In this document: positions 20,437 to 32,681 of the stretch, piece by piece
How the letters are laid out: every line of letters starts with the position of its first letter
Numbering within the stretch: position 1 is the first letter of the stretch
NCBI GenBank assembly: GCA_963695855.1
Contig: CAVOHZ010000003.1
Span: 384,001-448,000, forward strand
Direction: 5' to 3'
Length of the DNA stretch: 64,000 bases
Origin: an uncultured Nitrososphaerales archaeon
GTDB lineage: Archaea > Thermoproteota > Nitrososphaeria > Nitrososphaerales > Nitrososphaeraceae
Translations under genes and position numbers: made by a program
Notes under the pieces: model-generated
Database searches by the model: none
What the model saw: only the letters and a program-made list of their open reading frames with translations
Told to the model about the DNA's origin: nothing

Positions 20437-22771
20437 TTATTTTATAATATCCTGATTATTATTTTTGAAAGGTAAAGTAAATATAAAATTTGCTCCTTTA
20501 CCATTTTCATTATTTTTACCCCATATTTTGCCTCCATGAGCTTCAACAATATTTTTAGATAAATACAATCCTAGACCAGTTCCTTTTTCAGATTTAGTTA
20601 CGAATTTTTTAAACAATCTTGGTAGTATCGTTGGATTCTATTCCCGTACCATTATCTTTGATACTGATTATTATTTGAACATTAGGACTATTTTTTATTT
20701 CAGTAGTTATTGTACCGTTCTCCGTAAACTTATAAGCGTTGCTTAATAGGTTAGATAATACTTCTTGTATTCTATTTTTGTCTGCATATAAAAATACATT
20801 ATTTCTTTCGTCTCTGTTGTAATCATTATTATTAGCAACATAAACTAATCTAAAATGATTATTATTTTTATTTCGAGATTTATTTGTAAAATCGTTTATC
20901 GTTTCTTCGATCAAATCATATATATCAAATTGTTCCTTTTCTAATTTTAAAGTATTGCTTTCGATTCGTGCTATCTCTAAAAGGAGTTCTGTTAATCGAT
21001 AAAGTCTTTCTGAATTTCTGTCTAAAGGATCCAAGTATTTTTGAAAGTTTTCTGGTCTCATTTTTATCAGTTCCATATATCCAACTATCGACTGCGTCGG
21101 AGTCCTCAGTTCATGAGCTGCTATATTTATAAACTCCTGTTGCATTTTATCATGCACTTGAAGTTGCTCAATTGCTTCTGTAAGCTTTTTATTTATTGAT
21201 GTGATTTCTTCGAGAGCTTTTTTTAGGTCTATTGTGGTATCAGAAAGTTCTTCATTTGTACTTCTTATATTTTCATATAATTTCTTTTGTCTCCAAATTG
21301 TGTCAAAAATAGAAATATATGATAGAATTGTTGATTTTGCATTTGTATATGTCGCAGATCCTATTGCCCGCCAGACCTCTTTTTGAGAATCATCTTTTGT
21401 TTCTATTGCCAAAAGTTTTTTTCTATCCACAATGAGACAAGTTGTTTTAATTTTTGTAACAGATTCAATTTTTTTAAATTCAATATTCAATTTTCGTCTG
21501 TGACTTCTATTATTTTTATTTGTCTCTAGAATATTATTTATTCGTTGATCTACGATCTTGTTAGTAGGAGTCAATACTCTAAAATAAAATTTTGTATTAA
21601 TAGCATTTCCTGTTTTTACAGTTGATCGTTTAGTTATGGTTTCCCAAATCTTCAGATTATATTCTCTAAGAAATGCATTTACAGATGGTAAAATTAATAA
21701 AACTTCAGAAGTAGCGTTGCTAATAAGCTTTAATAGCAAGTCCTGAGTCTTGTGTGTATTTTCTATTATTTCTGTGAATTCTTCCTCCTCATATTCCTCC
21801 CTACCTCTTTCCAAATAGGATTTGACATCGTTTACCCTCAGGGAACCATCCAAACCTCGCGTCCAAAGATCTTCAAACACTTTTTTATATTGCTTTATCA
21901 GATTTGCATCATTAGTGATAATAATATTTTGAGGTGATCCATTAATTATGAAAAAAGGATCCATAAAAATACTTACCATAAAGTCAGATAATATAAAATT
22001 CATTGGAGGCAGCTTATTTGAATGTTTTATCTTTATTCCATTATCAAGAAATTTTTCAGCACAACGAACATTATTCTTATTTATGGTTGAAATGTATCTA
22101 ATATTTCTACTAATTAAGCCCCCTTGGTTTCTAAGTGACCTATTCAATATATCGGAAAGATATTTATATATATTATCAAACTCAAGCTTAGGTAAATATA
22201 TATCCAATCGTTCAGGTTTATTACCATCTTTTTTAAAAAACTCTAAAGCCTGCGTTAGAGATTTTACATGTTTAAAGTAGAATTCACTTCCTTTTTGTTC
22301 TTCGATCTCTTCTTTTTCCTCTTTGATATCTTTCGCACGTGTCCATAAATTTTCAAAAATATGTTTCTGTGCTTTTGACATTTCTTTTGTGTTACTATAT
22401 AAGAATGGAGCGGAAACATCTTCAGAAGACATGGGTACAATATTATATAGAATTTCTTTCTCACTTAATACAAAAACATCAATAACGTTGGACAAATTCC
22501 TTACTTTTGAAACTGACATGAATTTTTTAATAAATAATAAATTCTCTCTTTGAATATTTGTGATGTACCTAACCTTTACGCCTCGCCTGTAAGCCTCTTT
22601 ATAACTATTCAATAAACAATTTTTATCTGAAGAATCCTGCACAATAAGAGAACTTAGACACACACCTAAGTTTTCAGATGAATTTTCTATTACTTCTTGT
22701 ACCCTTTTAAGAATATCTTCTTTTCCTTTTATAATTTCTGTTTCAAAAATATCGTTCTCGAGGTCTTTCAT
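20437..22771 (-). pseudogene. cytoplasmic histidine kinase with repeated TrmB/PLD-like N-terminal domains, frameshifted in the HATPase domain
   Basis: ORF 20609..22771 has AAHELRTP, NLLSNAYKFT, DNGTGI. A +1 shift near 20636 continues as ILPRLFKKFVTKSEKGTGLGLYLSKNIVEAHGGKIWG to TAA at 20437. Confidence 0.85.
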
Positions 22772-23244
22772 ACATCTTTTGATTATATTTGCACCTTTTA
22801 GTTAATAATGGTTTCAGACTATGACTTGTTGTATTTCGAAAGATCCTTTTCTGACCAATCAGATTTCCCTCTTCTGATTTCAATCGTATACGAATTTTGA
22901 TTTCTGCCATATAATAATAGTTGAATTTAATTTGTCTTATAGGTCCCATTTACTCATCTTTGAATTTTTATTTCTCTTTTACCGAAGCTGTGCTTGGATA
23001 ACGTTTCGTTGACTGTTTTGAAGTAACTATGGGCGTTCATAGAGTCATACCCCCGAGTATTTCTATTTGTATCTCTGATGCAGTGTCTATCTAAAATTCA
23101 TTCAATGCAACCCAGCTAATTCTTTTCTTTTTTTACGCTTTGCATCTTGTCCTATTGAATACGACTAACGACTGTTATTTTTAGGCGTGTTTTTAGGCGT
23201 TTCAACCCATTATCAATACATCTCTTTTACTCTGTGTAGCCTAT

Positions 23245-23295
23245 TACAAATTGGAAGACTCTACAAATTGGAAGATTCTATAAATTGGAAGACTG
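23245..23295. repeat. 17-bp tandem repeat x3
   Basis: TACAAATTGGAAGACTC / TACAAATTGGAAGATTC / TATAAATTGGAAGACTG, no spacers. Confidence 0.9.
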
Positions 23296-23368
23296 GTTTT
23301 AATTAAAAATAAGAAAGACAGGAATAAAAAAATATAATGAATTGCCTGATTTCATGTCCTTCAAATCT

Positions 23369-23653
23369 TTAATCCTTTGGTATGTCATCTATCCAAATCC
23401 GTTGTATCAAATGTGTTGGGATTAATTCTCTTCTTAGAATACTATTTGAACTTTCTTTTTTATAGAAAGTAATAGTTACATAATCTGAAACGACCTGTAC
23501 GTTTATAGTTTCACATGTTTTATCGAAAGTAGAGGCATCTAATACCTTAAGTGATTCTTTTAGTGGATCTACACTCTGTTTTTCTATAAAGCATATTACT
23601 ATATTTTTTACTTCTATTCCATGAAATTTTATTTTTGCTGATATATTGCTCAA
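23369..23653 (-). CDS. hypothetical protein
   Basis: 94-aa ORF with globular composition. Confidence 0.6.
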   Translation of the reverse strand: MSNISAKIKFHGIEVKNIVICFIEKQSVDPLKESLKVLDASTFDKTCETINVQVVSDYVTITFYKKESSNSILRRELIPTHLIQRIWIDDIPKD

Positions 23654-24315
23654 TATTAGTTAATTGGTTTGCAAGGTAAAGAGAGTTTCGATATTACAAA
23701 TTAATAATCAATTTTAATACAACTAATTTAAGTTATTTATCAATTGACTATATATTTGATTATTTTTATTATAAACTGAAATCAGTTTTGTCCGTCTATT
23801 TCTTGCCTGATTTAATTATTATATCAACTTGTTCATAATCAGCACGATCTATTGTCCAATCCTTATTATGATGGAATGGTGCCTTTACGATTAACCCTAT
23901 GGTAGATAGCAAAGGCATATTAGGTTTGCATGCAGAAGTTTCTTCTATCTGATTATGCTTAATGACCTTAGATTGATATCGTTGTGATAAATTCTTATTC
24001 CAAACAGAAATATCATAGGATTTATGTATTTCAACTATATGTGTTGAAATTGTATTCTTAAGTCTAGAATGTCTTTAATTGCTCATAATTTTTTTTATTA
24101 TAAGATTCATCATAACGGGTTGAGAAGAATTTTTTTCTATGCATCGTTTTGTGTACTTATTAGTAGTTTGTATTTTTTATAACAATTTGTATATTTTGAC
24201 TTGAATTATAATATGAATTCAGATCACGACAAATATGCTAATTGTGTTGACGATTTTTCAATAACTTATCTAAATTTTAAGTTTAATATATTATGCTGTA
24301 CATAGTTAAACGGAA

Positions 24316-24549
24316 ATGACAATAAAAATAGAAATTTTTAAAACTGGAATTAACAAAATAACATTAATTACAATTAGCGTGATAGCTATAAGTGCAATAC
24401 TATTTTTAATAAATTACGATGTAGATAAATCATCCCAAGAACAAGGAATTAAATTAACCGATCCCAAAAATGTCACCAATCAGACTTTACAACATGTTCC
24501 AACCGAGGATAAAGACTTGGCTACCGGTATAGAACATAAAGATAAGTAA
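24316..24549 (+). CDS. small single-TM hypothetical protein
   Basis: One hydrophobic helix followed by a polar tail; TATA-like TTTAATAT upstream. Confidence 0.6.
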   Translation: MTIKIEIFKTGINKITLITISVIAISAILFLINYDVDKSSQEQGIKLTDPKNVTNQTLQHVPTEDKDLATGIEHKDK

Positions 24550-24999
24550 CCCCAATCCACAAATATATTACATGTAAGACATGCTATATTAAGGGAACAT
24601 GAGTTCTTTTAAGTATTATTTTCGATGTAAATATTCATAAAATTGCTAATATGATTGCCAAATAAACAAGTTGGAAGAAATAATTTCTGTAAAAGCTGTC
24701 TTTGGAATTATGAATATTAGAACCTTTTAATATAATAATAAGGTTATTCACTGAACAAACAGAATAAAATTAATTCTTGTATAATAGATATAATTAGCAA
24801 ATTTTATTAATAATTGTTAAAAAAAATATTTTTCGCTAGAAATGGGTTATAGAATAATCATATACAAATATTTGAGAATATGGTAGCTTATTTTCTAGGC
24901 ATTTTGATTATTATGTATTAAATAAAATTGTATAAAAAATTATGGAATCTGACATCTTGGACGTTACTACATATTATATTTGAAAGAAATTTGCTATAA

Positions 25000-25557
25000 T
25001 CAGCTGAATGCTGTTGCATTTATTGCTGTTGCATTTGCAATTTGTCCTCTTATTTCCCCATTAGGATAATCTACCGTATGAATATTCAAATAAGCATTCA
25101 ATTGTTTTATCTGAGCTATTACATCTTGTAGCGATTTTCCTGTGAGTGGTCCTTCCAAGTCGCTTGCGGTTATAGTTCCTTCAGTCAAGGTTCCATTAAT
25201 AAGATCAGTTGGACTGCTTGAATTAAACAATGTGGCGATCACATCACCATTTTTTCCAAAAGCACCTAAATGAATATGAGAAGCTTTAACTTTATCCAAA
25301 TTTGTTACATTTATTTGATAGTTTAAGGTGTTGTTATCATATTTTAGTACTGCAAACCCACTAGAATTTGTTGTTACTGGTGGTACTTCTTCAAAGCCTA
25401 CAAGCGGTGTAGTATAAATTTCCTCTGCATATGATACGATCAATGCTCCCGACGAAAGTATGAATAGTGATGCTAGGAATAAGCCAATGTAATAATGATC
25501 GGAAAATATCATTAGATTGATATGTTCAGCATTGTTTATAAGAATTATGTATCCCAA
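25000..25557 (-). CDS. secreted CHRD domain protein
   Basis: LVGFEEVPPV, ASHIH, GKNGDVI, YLNIHTVDYPNGEIRGQI signatures. Confidence 0.92.
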   Translation of the reverse strand: MGYIILINNAEHINLMIFSDHYYIGLFLASLFILSSGALIVSYAEEIYTTPLVGFEEVPPVTTNSSGFAVLKYDNNTLNYQINVTNLDKVKASHIHLGAFGKNGDVIATLFNSSSPTDLINGTLTEGTITASDLEGPLTGKSLQDVIAQIKQLNAYLNIHTVDYPNGEIRGQIANATAINATAFS

Positions 25558-26319
25558 TATAGTATTCGTTATTTAATAGATGAACAAGTTAGAATATCAA
25601 TTTTAGGAATTTTAGACGAGAAAAGGGATTGTTTATTATTAACCCCTACATATTAAAATCTGTTATGGCTGTTTAGTATAAAAAGATATTTTAAAATTAA
25701 TAGTAGATTGGACCGTTATATGCGGAAGTTAAATTGTCATAACTAATTATTTTGAAATAAAGATAATCCATAAACAGAAATAGTATAAATGTAAATTATA
25801 TATAATTTACGCGTAAATCAGATTTAATGAAAGAAACATGTCAAAGTTGCCGAGCTGTAAAGGATAACGCATAAAAATAACCTTAAGAAATCATCAAGAT
25901 AAATATCTCTATGACTATTGAGAAGATCAATAAAAATAAAAAATCGAGGCTCGCTTAACATTACTAAAAATATACTATGTATTCTCCCATCTAATCTATT
26001 TTGATAAATAGATTTGAAGGAGATACAATCAATTCCTAAATAATGTATTCTCGAAGTGAACAATGTAATTTTAATTATCCCAACATTAACATTAAAGTCA
26101 CACATTTTTAGACATCAATACATTAGGCAATCATAGCAACTGTCCATGTTAGTCATTTGATTTAGATTAATGTCTTCCTAGAATAGTATTGGAAAATCTG
26201 TAAAAAAGAGCCTTTGGTTTTTTAAATGTAAATAGTACATAGGCACTTCTGCACAGGTAGTGAAATATCTCCACACTGTAATACTGGCTTGTCATTGGTT
26301 AAAGAGATGTACGAAACGA

Positions 26320-27331
26320 TGGTTTGTTGCATAACTCGTTTAACCAATCGTTCTCATTATTATATAATTGATAATTATGTAACAGTTATACTTTGAAACC
26401 AGTTATACAACGATGCTTTCAACATTATCTCTCTTATCATGTTCTCTAACCTGATAGCAGTAACATATTCACCAAACATTCTCTTCATAGAGGAAAAAAC
26501 AGATTCTACCATCCATCTTTGTCCATAGCGTACACTATCTTTCCATTCTTGCAAATCATTCTTCTGCATTTTCACCATCTTGTTTCTAAGGTAATGATTG
26601 GTCTTTTTCTGCATCTAGAATTCTTTCTTACCTTTATTGCTGGTTGTATGCCTTTAAATGATAGAAACTGAAAGATCTTGTTGCTATCATAGGAACCATC
26701 CATGATAGCAGTATCTATTACCTTATTCTGTTTTATTGCTATATAATCAACCAATTTTGGAAGTACTTTTACATCATGTACTTCTTCACTAGTAACATCT
26801 AATGATAGAATTCTCTTCTTTTTTATATCGACTGCTAAATGTATCTTTAGATATCCTCTTTTTACATTCCACTTGTGTCTAATCCATTCACCCCTCTTAG
26901 ATACCTTTATACCGGTAGAATCAATTGCAATAACAAAATTATCATCATGCAAGTTAGATTTGGTTATATCATCAGAAATCTTGATATCCAGTCTATTTAT
27001 TCTTCTGCTAATGTTACTATAATCTGGAATTGATGGCAAAGTGTTTGAAGCATGTTCTCTTACTACTCCTTCAGTTTGTCTGTAGGGTAAGTGAAAGTAT
27101 GCTCTCATGTATCCCAATAACTTGACAAATGAATCTGGATATACGAATTTCCTACCTTCCTTTTCCTTATTCATCTTCTCTAGTTCAGTATTCCAGTTAT
27201 CTATAACATCAAAATCCAGTAATACCTCACCACGTTTAACAAGAGATTCGTTGTAATTTCTCCAGTTCACATAATATGACTAGAATTGGTTAGCTAAATG
27301 TGTTGAGAAGAACAAGTTGTGCAACAAGGCA
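26320..27331 (-). mobile_element. IS5-family (IS903-group-like) insertion sequence with split transposase
   Basis: TIRs TGGTTTGTTGCATAACT vs revcomp TGCCTTGTTGCACAACT; flanking direct repeat (A)CGAAACGA (8-9 bp) on both sides. Confidence 0.92.
26375..27270 (-). pseudogene. IS5/IS903-type DDE transposase, frameshifted (26572..27270 plus 26375..26614)
   Basis: NWRNYNESLVKRG, AIDSTGIK, KIHLAVD, DGSYD; YGQRWMVESVFSSMKRMFG lies in a second frame after an A-run near 26605. Confidence 0.85.
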
Positions 27332-27563
27332 CGAAACGACACATAGAAGAACGGAATAAAAAATACACCAAAAAGTACATGGATCTATATATATTTCGGG
27401 ATTATTCAAAACATTAAAGATCCGAAAAATAAAATATTCTGATTTGTTGGAATAAAGAGTTGTGTCTAAGAAATCATCTAGTGGAATCTTACAAGTAAAG
27501 GATGCTACTTAAATTGGTATACAATATGTACGGTTTTGTCAAAAGCTTTCTTTCAACGATTAC

Positions 27564-27722
27564 CTATTCTCTTTTTTTATTCTTTTGTCTTTTTGTTTTT
27601 CCACTCATGCTTGCGTTACATACTGCATACGGATTTACCTTGTCTCCTGATTTGTTTTCCACCTTCTCGACACACCTGTCAAACTTTTTTGAATCGAGTT
27701 CCTTCTTGATACCTCGAGGCAT
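27564..27722 (-). CDS. small basic two-Cys protein (52 aa)
   Basis: Hand translation MPRGIKKELDSKKFDRCVEKVENKSGDKVNPYAVCNASMSGKTKRQKNKKRE*; GC-richer than flanks; AT-rich TATA-like sequence about 25-30 nt upstream. Confidence 0.65.
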   Translation of the reverse strand: MPRGIKKELDSKKFDRCVEKVENKSGDKVNPYAVCNASMSGKTKRQKNKKRE

Positions 27723-28045
27723 ACATATAATATCACAACATCATTAATTAAGATTAAATGAAGATTTAGTATTAAGTTTCAATGACTACGTTACATTTAT
27801 GTAGATCAAGAAATTTCGACTGAGATTTATATTAAATTAAACACATTATCCAAAATAAAGAAGAATATCGTAATTCGGACTTATGGAGTTAAAAAAGTAT
27901 CCAAGTCCAAAATATATATTTTAAATGTTAAATGATATAGAATATTAATTATTGCTGTGAAAAATAAGAAATGATATCTAAAAGATAAATAACAAAATAC
28001 ACTATAAAAGACTACCAGAATTTATAACATTAAACTGTAAAGATC

Positions 28046-28080
28046 AATTATTTGTATGAATAAAATTATTTGTATGAATA
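28046..28080. repeat. direct repeat AATTATTTGTATGAATA x2 upstream of the USP gene
   Basis: Exact 17-mer at 28046 and 28064. Confidence 0.8.
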
Positions 28081-28144
28081 TAACAAATGAATTGTATGAC
28101 TTAAAGTATAAAATCATCATATACTTTGTTATCAATATCATAGT

Positions 28145-28738
28145 ATGAACTATGATAAAGAAATAAATGCAGTCGGAGAAGAAGTTATAAATCCAGACGG
28201 AAGTGTTATACCGACTATAGAGTCTGAAAATATATCTAAGGAGAAAGAAAAGTATGTTATTTCAAAAGACGAGATCCCTACGTTTAATAAAATTTTAGTA
28301 ACAGATGATGGCAAAGATATAACAAATAAGGCTCTGAATTATGCTATTTCATTATCCAATTCAACGAAGGCGGAAATAGTAATTTTACGTATAATAGAAG
28401 ATGTTGACCAATTAGATATTTCAGTTGAAGGTTCAAAGAATGTCACTGAAAATAAAAATCTTAACAACGAAAACTTTGAACGAACTATCAAGGGAGAAAT
28501 AATAAATTCAATGGAAGACAAAATTAAGAATTGTCGGATGGTTGGATGTAACAATAAGGTTTCATACAAATTTTTGACGGGTGATCCAATAGACGAGATA
28601 GTCAAAGAAATAAATGATAATAACTATGATTTAGTAGTTTTGACTACCACTCACATAGATTCATGGTTTCGATCATTATTTAGTGATGCAAGAAAAATAA
28701 TAAGTAATATCAGTAGCCCTGTTTTGATAATACAGTGA
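28145..28738 (+). CDS. universal stress protein (UspA family)
   Basis: FNKILVTDDG...ALNYAISL, GDPIDEIV...YDLVV, SSPVLII. Confidence 0.92.
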   Translation: MNYDKEINAVGEEVINPDGSVIPTIESENISKEKEKYVISKDEIPTFNKILVTDDGKDITNKALNYAISLSNSTKAEIVILRIIEDVDQLDISVEGSKNVTENKNLNNENFERTIKGEIINSMEDKIKNCRMVGCNNKVSYKFLTGDPIDEIVKEINDNNYDLVVLTTTHIDSWFRSLFSDARKIISNISSPVLIIQ

Positions 28739-28889
28739 TTCTTATTTTAAAATCCGGCTATAAGTGTTCTATAGAAAATGTGTGATCAAAATTAAATCAC
28801 ATTTCATATTACTTTGAATCTAAATAGACAAATATTTTATAACATTGTCTAATAAAATTAAAATCTGCTTTGATTAAATTTATGTATGA

Positions 28890-29738
28890 TTAACTAACAA
28901 GATTCTTAATTATAGATTCATCGTATTTATTATTTCTTATCAATTGGGCCATTTGGACTGCAGCCAGTATAGTTCTCATAATATCTTTTCCCAATACTTG
29001 AATATTTTGTCCTGATTTATTTTCATGATGATATATTTTTTTATAGTTGTTACTCAGTTTCTGATTCATTTCTTCATAATTATTTTGGGTATCTTCTCCA
29101 TACCAGCCTCTACTCCATCCCACAAATGGAAATTTACCAAATATAAATCCTAGTTGTGACCAGAAAGATAGCATTTCACCAGCTACATCTTGAATATTAT
29201 CCTGTCCACCAGTAATTATAAAGGCTGCTACTTTGTCCCTAACTAAGTAATTGTTATTAGTAATTGATTGATTCTGCACACAGTTCATTCTTTCTATCAT
29301 TTTATAATATAAAGAACTGGCACTTCCCCATCTTATAGGAGTCGCAATGATAACTACATCCGACCATAATAATATTTTCCTATAGATTTCTATCATCTCA
29401 TAGTGTTCATCGCTTTCGGATATAGAGCATGGAAAAATACATGCTTTTGCATCCGTTGAATAATATCCTTCACAATGTCTAAATTCTAGGTCACGTAATT
29501 TGAGAAATATCCTGTCGGTATTTAATTGATTTTTTGCATATTCAATTGCAAAATAAAGTGCCTTATCGGATGTACTTTTCCTATAGACTACGTTATCATT
29601 TTTATTCGTTGTTGAAATCCCCAGTATTTTTAATTTAGAATAAGGCTGAGCATAAGGAGAGCTTTGATCTAACCTGCTTAACCTTTCTTGAACAGAATGA
29701 GCCAATTGTAGGTATTTGGGATGAGGAACAAATGTCAT
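28890..29738 (-). CDS. flavodoxin-like / NADPH-dependent FMN reductase domain (C-terminal part of a fusion)
   Basis: KILGISTT, HCEGYYS..C..PC, DVVIIATPIRWG, TGGQD. Confidence 0.85.
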   Translation of the reverse strand: MTFVPHPKYLQLAHSVQERLSRLDQSSPYAQPYSKLKILGISTTNKNDNVVYRKSTSDKALYFAIEYAKNQLNTDRIFLKLRDLEFRHCEGYYSTDAKACIFPCSISESDEHYEMIEIYRKILLWSDVVIIATPIRWGSASSLYYKMIERMNCVQNQSITNNNYLVRDKVAAFIITGGQDNIQDVAGEMLSFWSQLGFIFGKFPFVGWSRGWYGEDTQNNYEEMNQKLSNNYKKIYHHENKSGQNIQVLGKDIMRTILAAVQMAQLIRNNKYDESIIKNLVS

Positions 29739-29813
29739 TTTGCCTCGCCTTTGTGGAACAGGATTTGCATAAATTTTATTATCAATGATTTTAATCTTGA
29801 AATTATCTACACT

Positions 29814-30125
29814 TCATCCTCCCACATGCGAAGACAACCCAGTACGAATATCATATTTCCATCCATGCCACGGACAAGTAATTATATTTCCATCCAATTT
29901 TCCCTTAATAAGGGGACCGCCCTTGTGAATGCACTTATTAGAGATTGCGTGAAAATTACCATTAAGATTGAACAGTACAATTTCTATTTTCTTTTTTTCA
30001 TTATTACAAATAGAAAAAACTTTTGGTTCCCCTTCCTTTATATCCGAAGTAAGACATAAAAATTGGTAGGAATCGATGCTTTTTCTGTCTTTGAGATTTT
30101 TTTTCATATTTATACCAGCGCACAA
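29814..30125 (-). CDS. Rieske (2Fe-2S) domain (N-terminal part of a fusion, ended by in-frame TGA)
   Basis: CIHKGGPL and CPWHGWKYD ligand motifs; reading continues in frame past the TGA into 28890..29738. Confidence 0.88.
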   Translation of the reverse strand: MCAGINMKKNLKDRKSIDSYQFLCLTSDIKEGEPKVFSICNNEKKKIEIVLFNLNGNFHAISNKCIHKGGPLIKGKLDGNIITCPWHGWKYDIRTGLSSHVGG

Positions 30126-30640
30126 AAATATTTAGTTATTTCATTTTATTCGATTGTTTAATTTATAAAAAAGAATGATTAGAGCTAAGAAACGGTCAAA
30201 TAATACCGACTTAAACAGAAGGAATATAACTTGCAATGTATTGAAGGCTTGCCTATTGGTATATGTTTTTACGTAGACATTTGGCAAACATTGAGTACGT
30301 TGAAATGATATTCTTGATTAAATTAGATGATAATAAAAACCTAAAAATAAATTTACAATTTAAATAGAAGAACATATTAAAGTCGGGACGAAATTTAGAT
30401 ATTTGTGTGAGATAGATTTAATAAAGTTTGAAAAATCCATACCTGTAAGTTTCAACCTTTTCTAATTATTTTGTTACTCATTATTATGTTATTCTAAATA
30501 TGATTCCACAGATAATATTTACGCATTAATTATATTCTTTTTTGTACGTTAAATTTTAAATCTTGCACCTATACATGATATATGTTCATCCATTTGTATA
30601 GTTTAGTGTATACATGAATATATGGTTACACAATAAGAAA

Positions 30641-30988
30641 TTATTTCTCTGGATATTTCTCTTTGATTTCCTTTATAAATTCTTCATCTTTTTCTTTGTC
30701 TAATTTTCGAATTATCCATTCTAGCATTTTATGATTTCTTTCTTCCTCCTCTTTTGATTGGGGACTACCCACAGACCATAAGATCGTTAATCCACCTACT
30801 TGCCACATCAATTGAAGAAATTATGACTGCCAATTTTCAAAAGTATCCCTCATATTTTCCTCCCAACTTTGGCCTGTGCTAAATCCATAATACCAATGAC
30901 CTATGATGGAACCAGAAAATAAAATGAAGGTAACCCATAAATAGCCATATTTTTTTGCCACAGTATTTTTTTTGTTACCACAATACAT
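30641..30988 (-). pseudogene. DUF6766-like membrane protein with in-frame TAA
   Basis: Hand translation YGYLWVTFILFSGSIIGHWYYG...RDTFENWQS*FLQLMWQVGGLTILWSVGSPQSKEEEER; the stop at 30821-30823 sits where the family motif FENWQSEFLQ has Glu. Confidence 0.75.
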
Positions 30989-31412
30989 ATTATGCATTAT
31001 TATTAATATCGATTATAGAATGACGAGTTCGATTGTCTATTAAAAACGCCAATATTAAATGTGAAAGAATCTGATCTCATACACTTTACTGATGTTGAAT
31101 ACAATGAATTGTTACATCATTCTTTATTTGCTTTTTACATAAAAATATAGAATACAGGTATTAAATTAAGATTATAATAAAATATTTATTCACAAGTTAT
31201 TACGTTAGTATTCATATCATTAGGGTATACAATTGTGATGTTTTTATAATAATGGTTGACTCGAATGCATTTAGATATTTGATTTATTATTTGAATATTA
31301 ATATAAAATTTTGGGCTTCTGGATAATCTAAAAATAGACAATTTGGTTCGTTTCAATACAAAAAAGAGGATACAAACCACTTTGACTAACTTTTTTAGAG
31401 TTTAAATTAGTG

Positions 31413-31719
31413 CTAATATACTAGGCCTGCTTCATAGGCAATTTGAGAGATATTCAAATATTCCTTATCTTCTATTTTTTCTAATTTTTTAATTAACTCT
31501 TTATCATCGATTTTATTTTTTATAAATTTTAATACTTTATCTTTTTCTTCTGGAAATTCAAAGTCCCCTGAGAATTCGACTTAAAGTTTCTACTCTTTTA
31601 TAATTTTGCAAACTAGATTCCATTTTTAGGTTTGGAATACTTTCTTTTTTGATTGTATCCTTTATTTTGATATGTATTCCAGATTCAGGAATTTCTCCTG
31701 AACCATTTGTTGGGTTCAT
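31413..31719 (-). pseudogene. DUF2795-domain protein, +1 frameshift
   Basis: MNPTNGSGEIP...LSRILR, extra G in AGGGGA (~31567), then DFEFPEEKDKVLKFIKN...LEKIEDKEYLNISQIAYEAGLVY*; span is 3n+1. Confidence 0.7.
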
Positions 31720-32390
31720 ATAATAATAAATACATAAAAATATATATGCATTAAAACTGCTGCTAAAAATATTTTGTGAACAAAACCAAACCTAACATAC
31801 ATGTCAACTAAATTTCATCTATTTATAAAGGTTAAAAATAACAATTTTCAAACGTAATGAAGATTTTTTATTGAAACGAATTCTTAAACCAATTTTTACT
31901 ATTCAACATACATATTGGAATATCTATGTAAATGATACTTGGGACCAATGTGAAGTGATATATCTTCACCTAAGCTAATCCTACGCAAAATTTATACCGA
32001 AAAAAAGCTGACTGTATAAAATATTATTGCGCGAATTAAAATAACAATTAAATAGATAGATTTGGGTATAGAGAGATATTTTTAAGGATATATAGAATTA
32101 TCCTTATACAAATGGTCAATTAAAATAATTTAACATTGGTAAGTAAATTGTTAACGATATTCTCATTATATAATTTAATGACATTTAATTTTACGAAATC
32201 AATATTATAAATCGATATTTTTAGATTGTAAAAAAAATATTGAAGGTGTCCTTAAATTTAAAGAAAAATTTTATGACAATATTCCGGGCAATGATATATT
32301 CTAATTAACCCGAAAACTTACTATAAATCATGTCAATCTATGATCACTAATGCTATAAAATAATTGGCTTTAAATGTAAATTTAAAGGAT

Positions 32391-32681
32391 TCATTTTATT
32401 AATTTTCTTGTTTCATGCTGTATCAGTCTGACTATACATTCTTCTATCCCCAGCATCTGTGAAAGTTTTAAAGCATCATTGTTTAGTAAATATTCTAGTG
32501 TGATTCCAGCCTGGGTCAGCAAATCTTTTAATCCTGCTGCAATAGGGACAAGATCAATTCTTTCATCACGTGACGACCATGACGTCTCTGGAAATCCAAT
32601 TTTTTTTGTACGAGTTCGAAATTCTTGATCGTGAGGATAAAAATTGTCAATAAGATGGTAAGAACGTTCTGTCACTACCAT
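32391..32681 (-). CDS. hypothetical protein
   Basis: 96-aa ATG ORF with TATA-like element upstream; helical C-terminus (LSQMLGIEE). Confidence 0.6.
   Translation of the reverse strand: MVVTERSYHLIDNFYPHDQEFRTRTKKIGFPETSWSSRDERIDLVPIAAGLKDLLTQAGITLEYLLNNDALKLSQMLGIEECIVRLIQHETRKLIK

Noticed and set aside
23245-23295. possible CRISPR mini-array
   Set aside because: The 17-bp units are directly adjacent with no spacers, and no cas genes are present.
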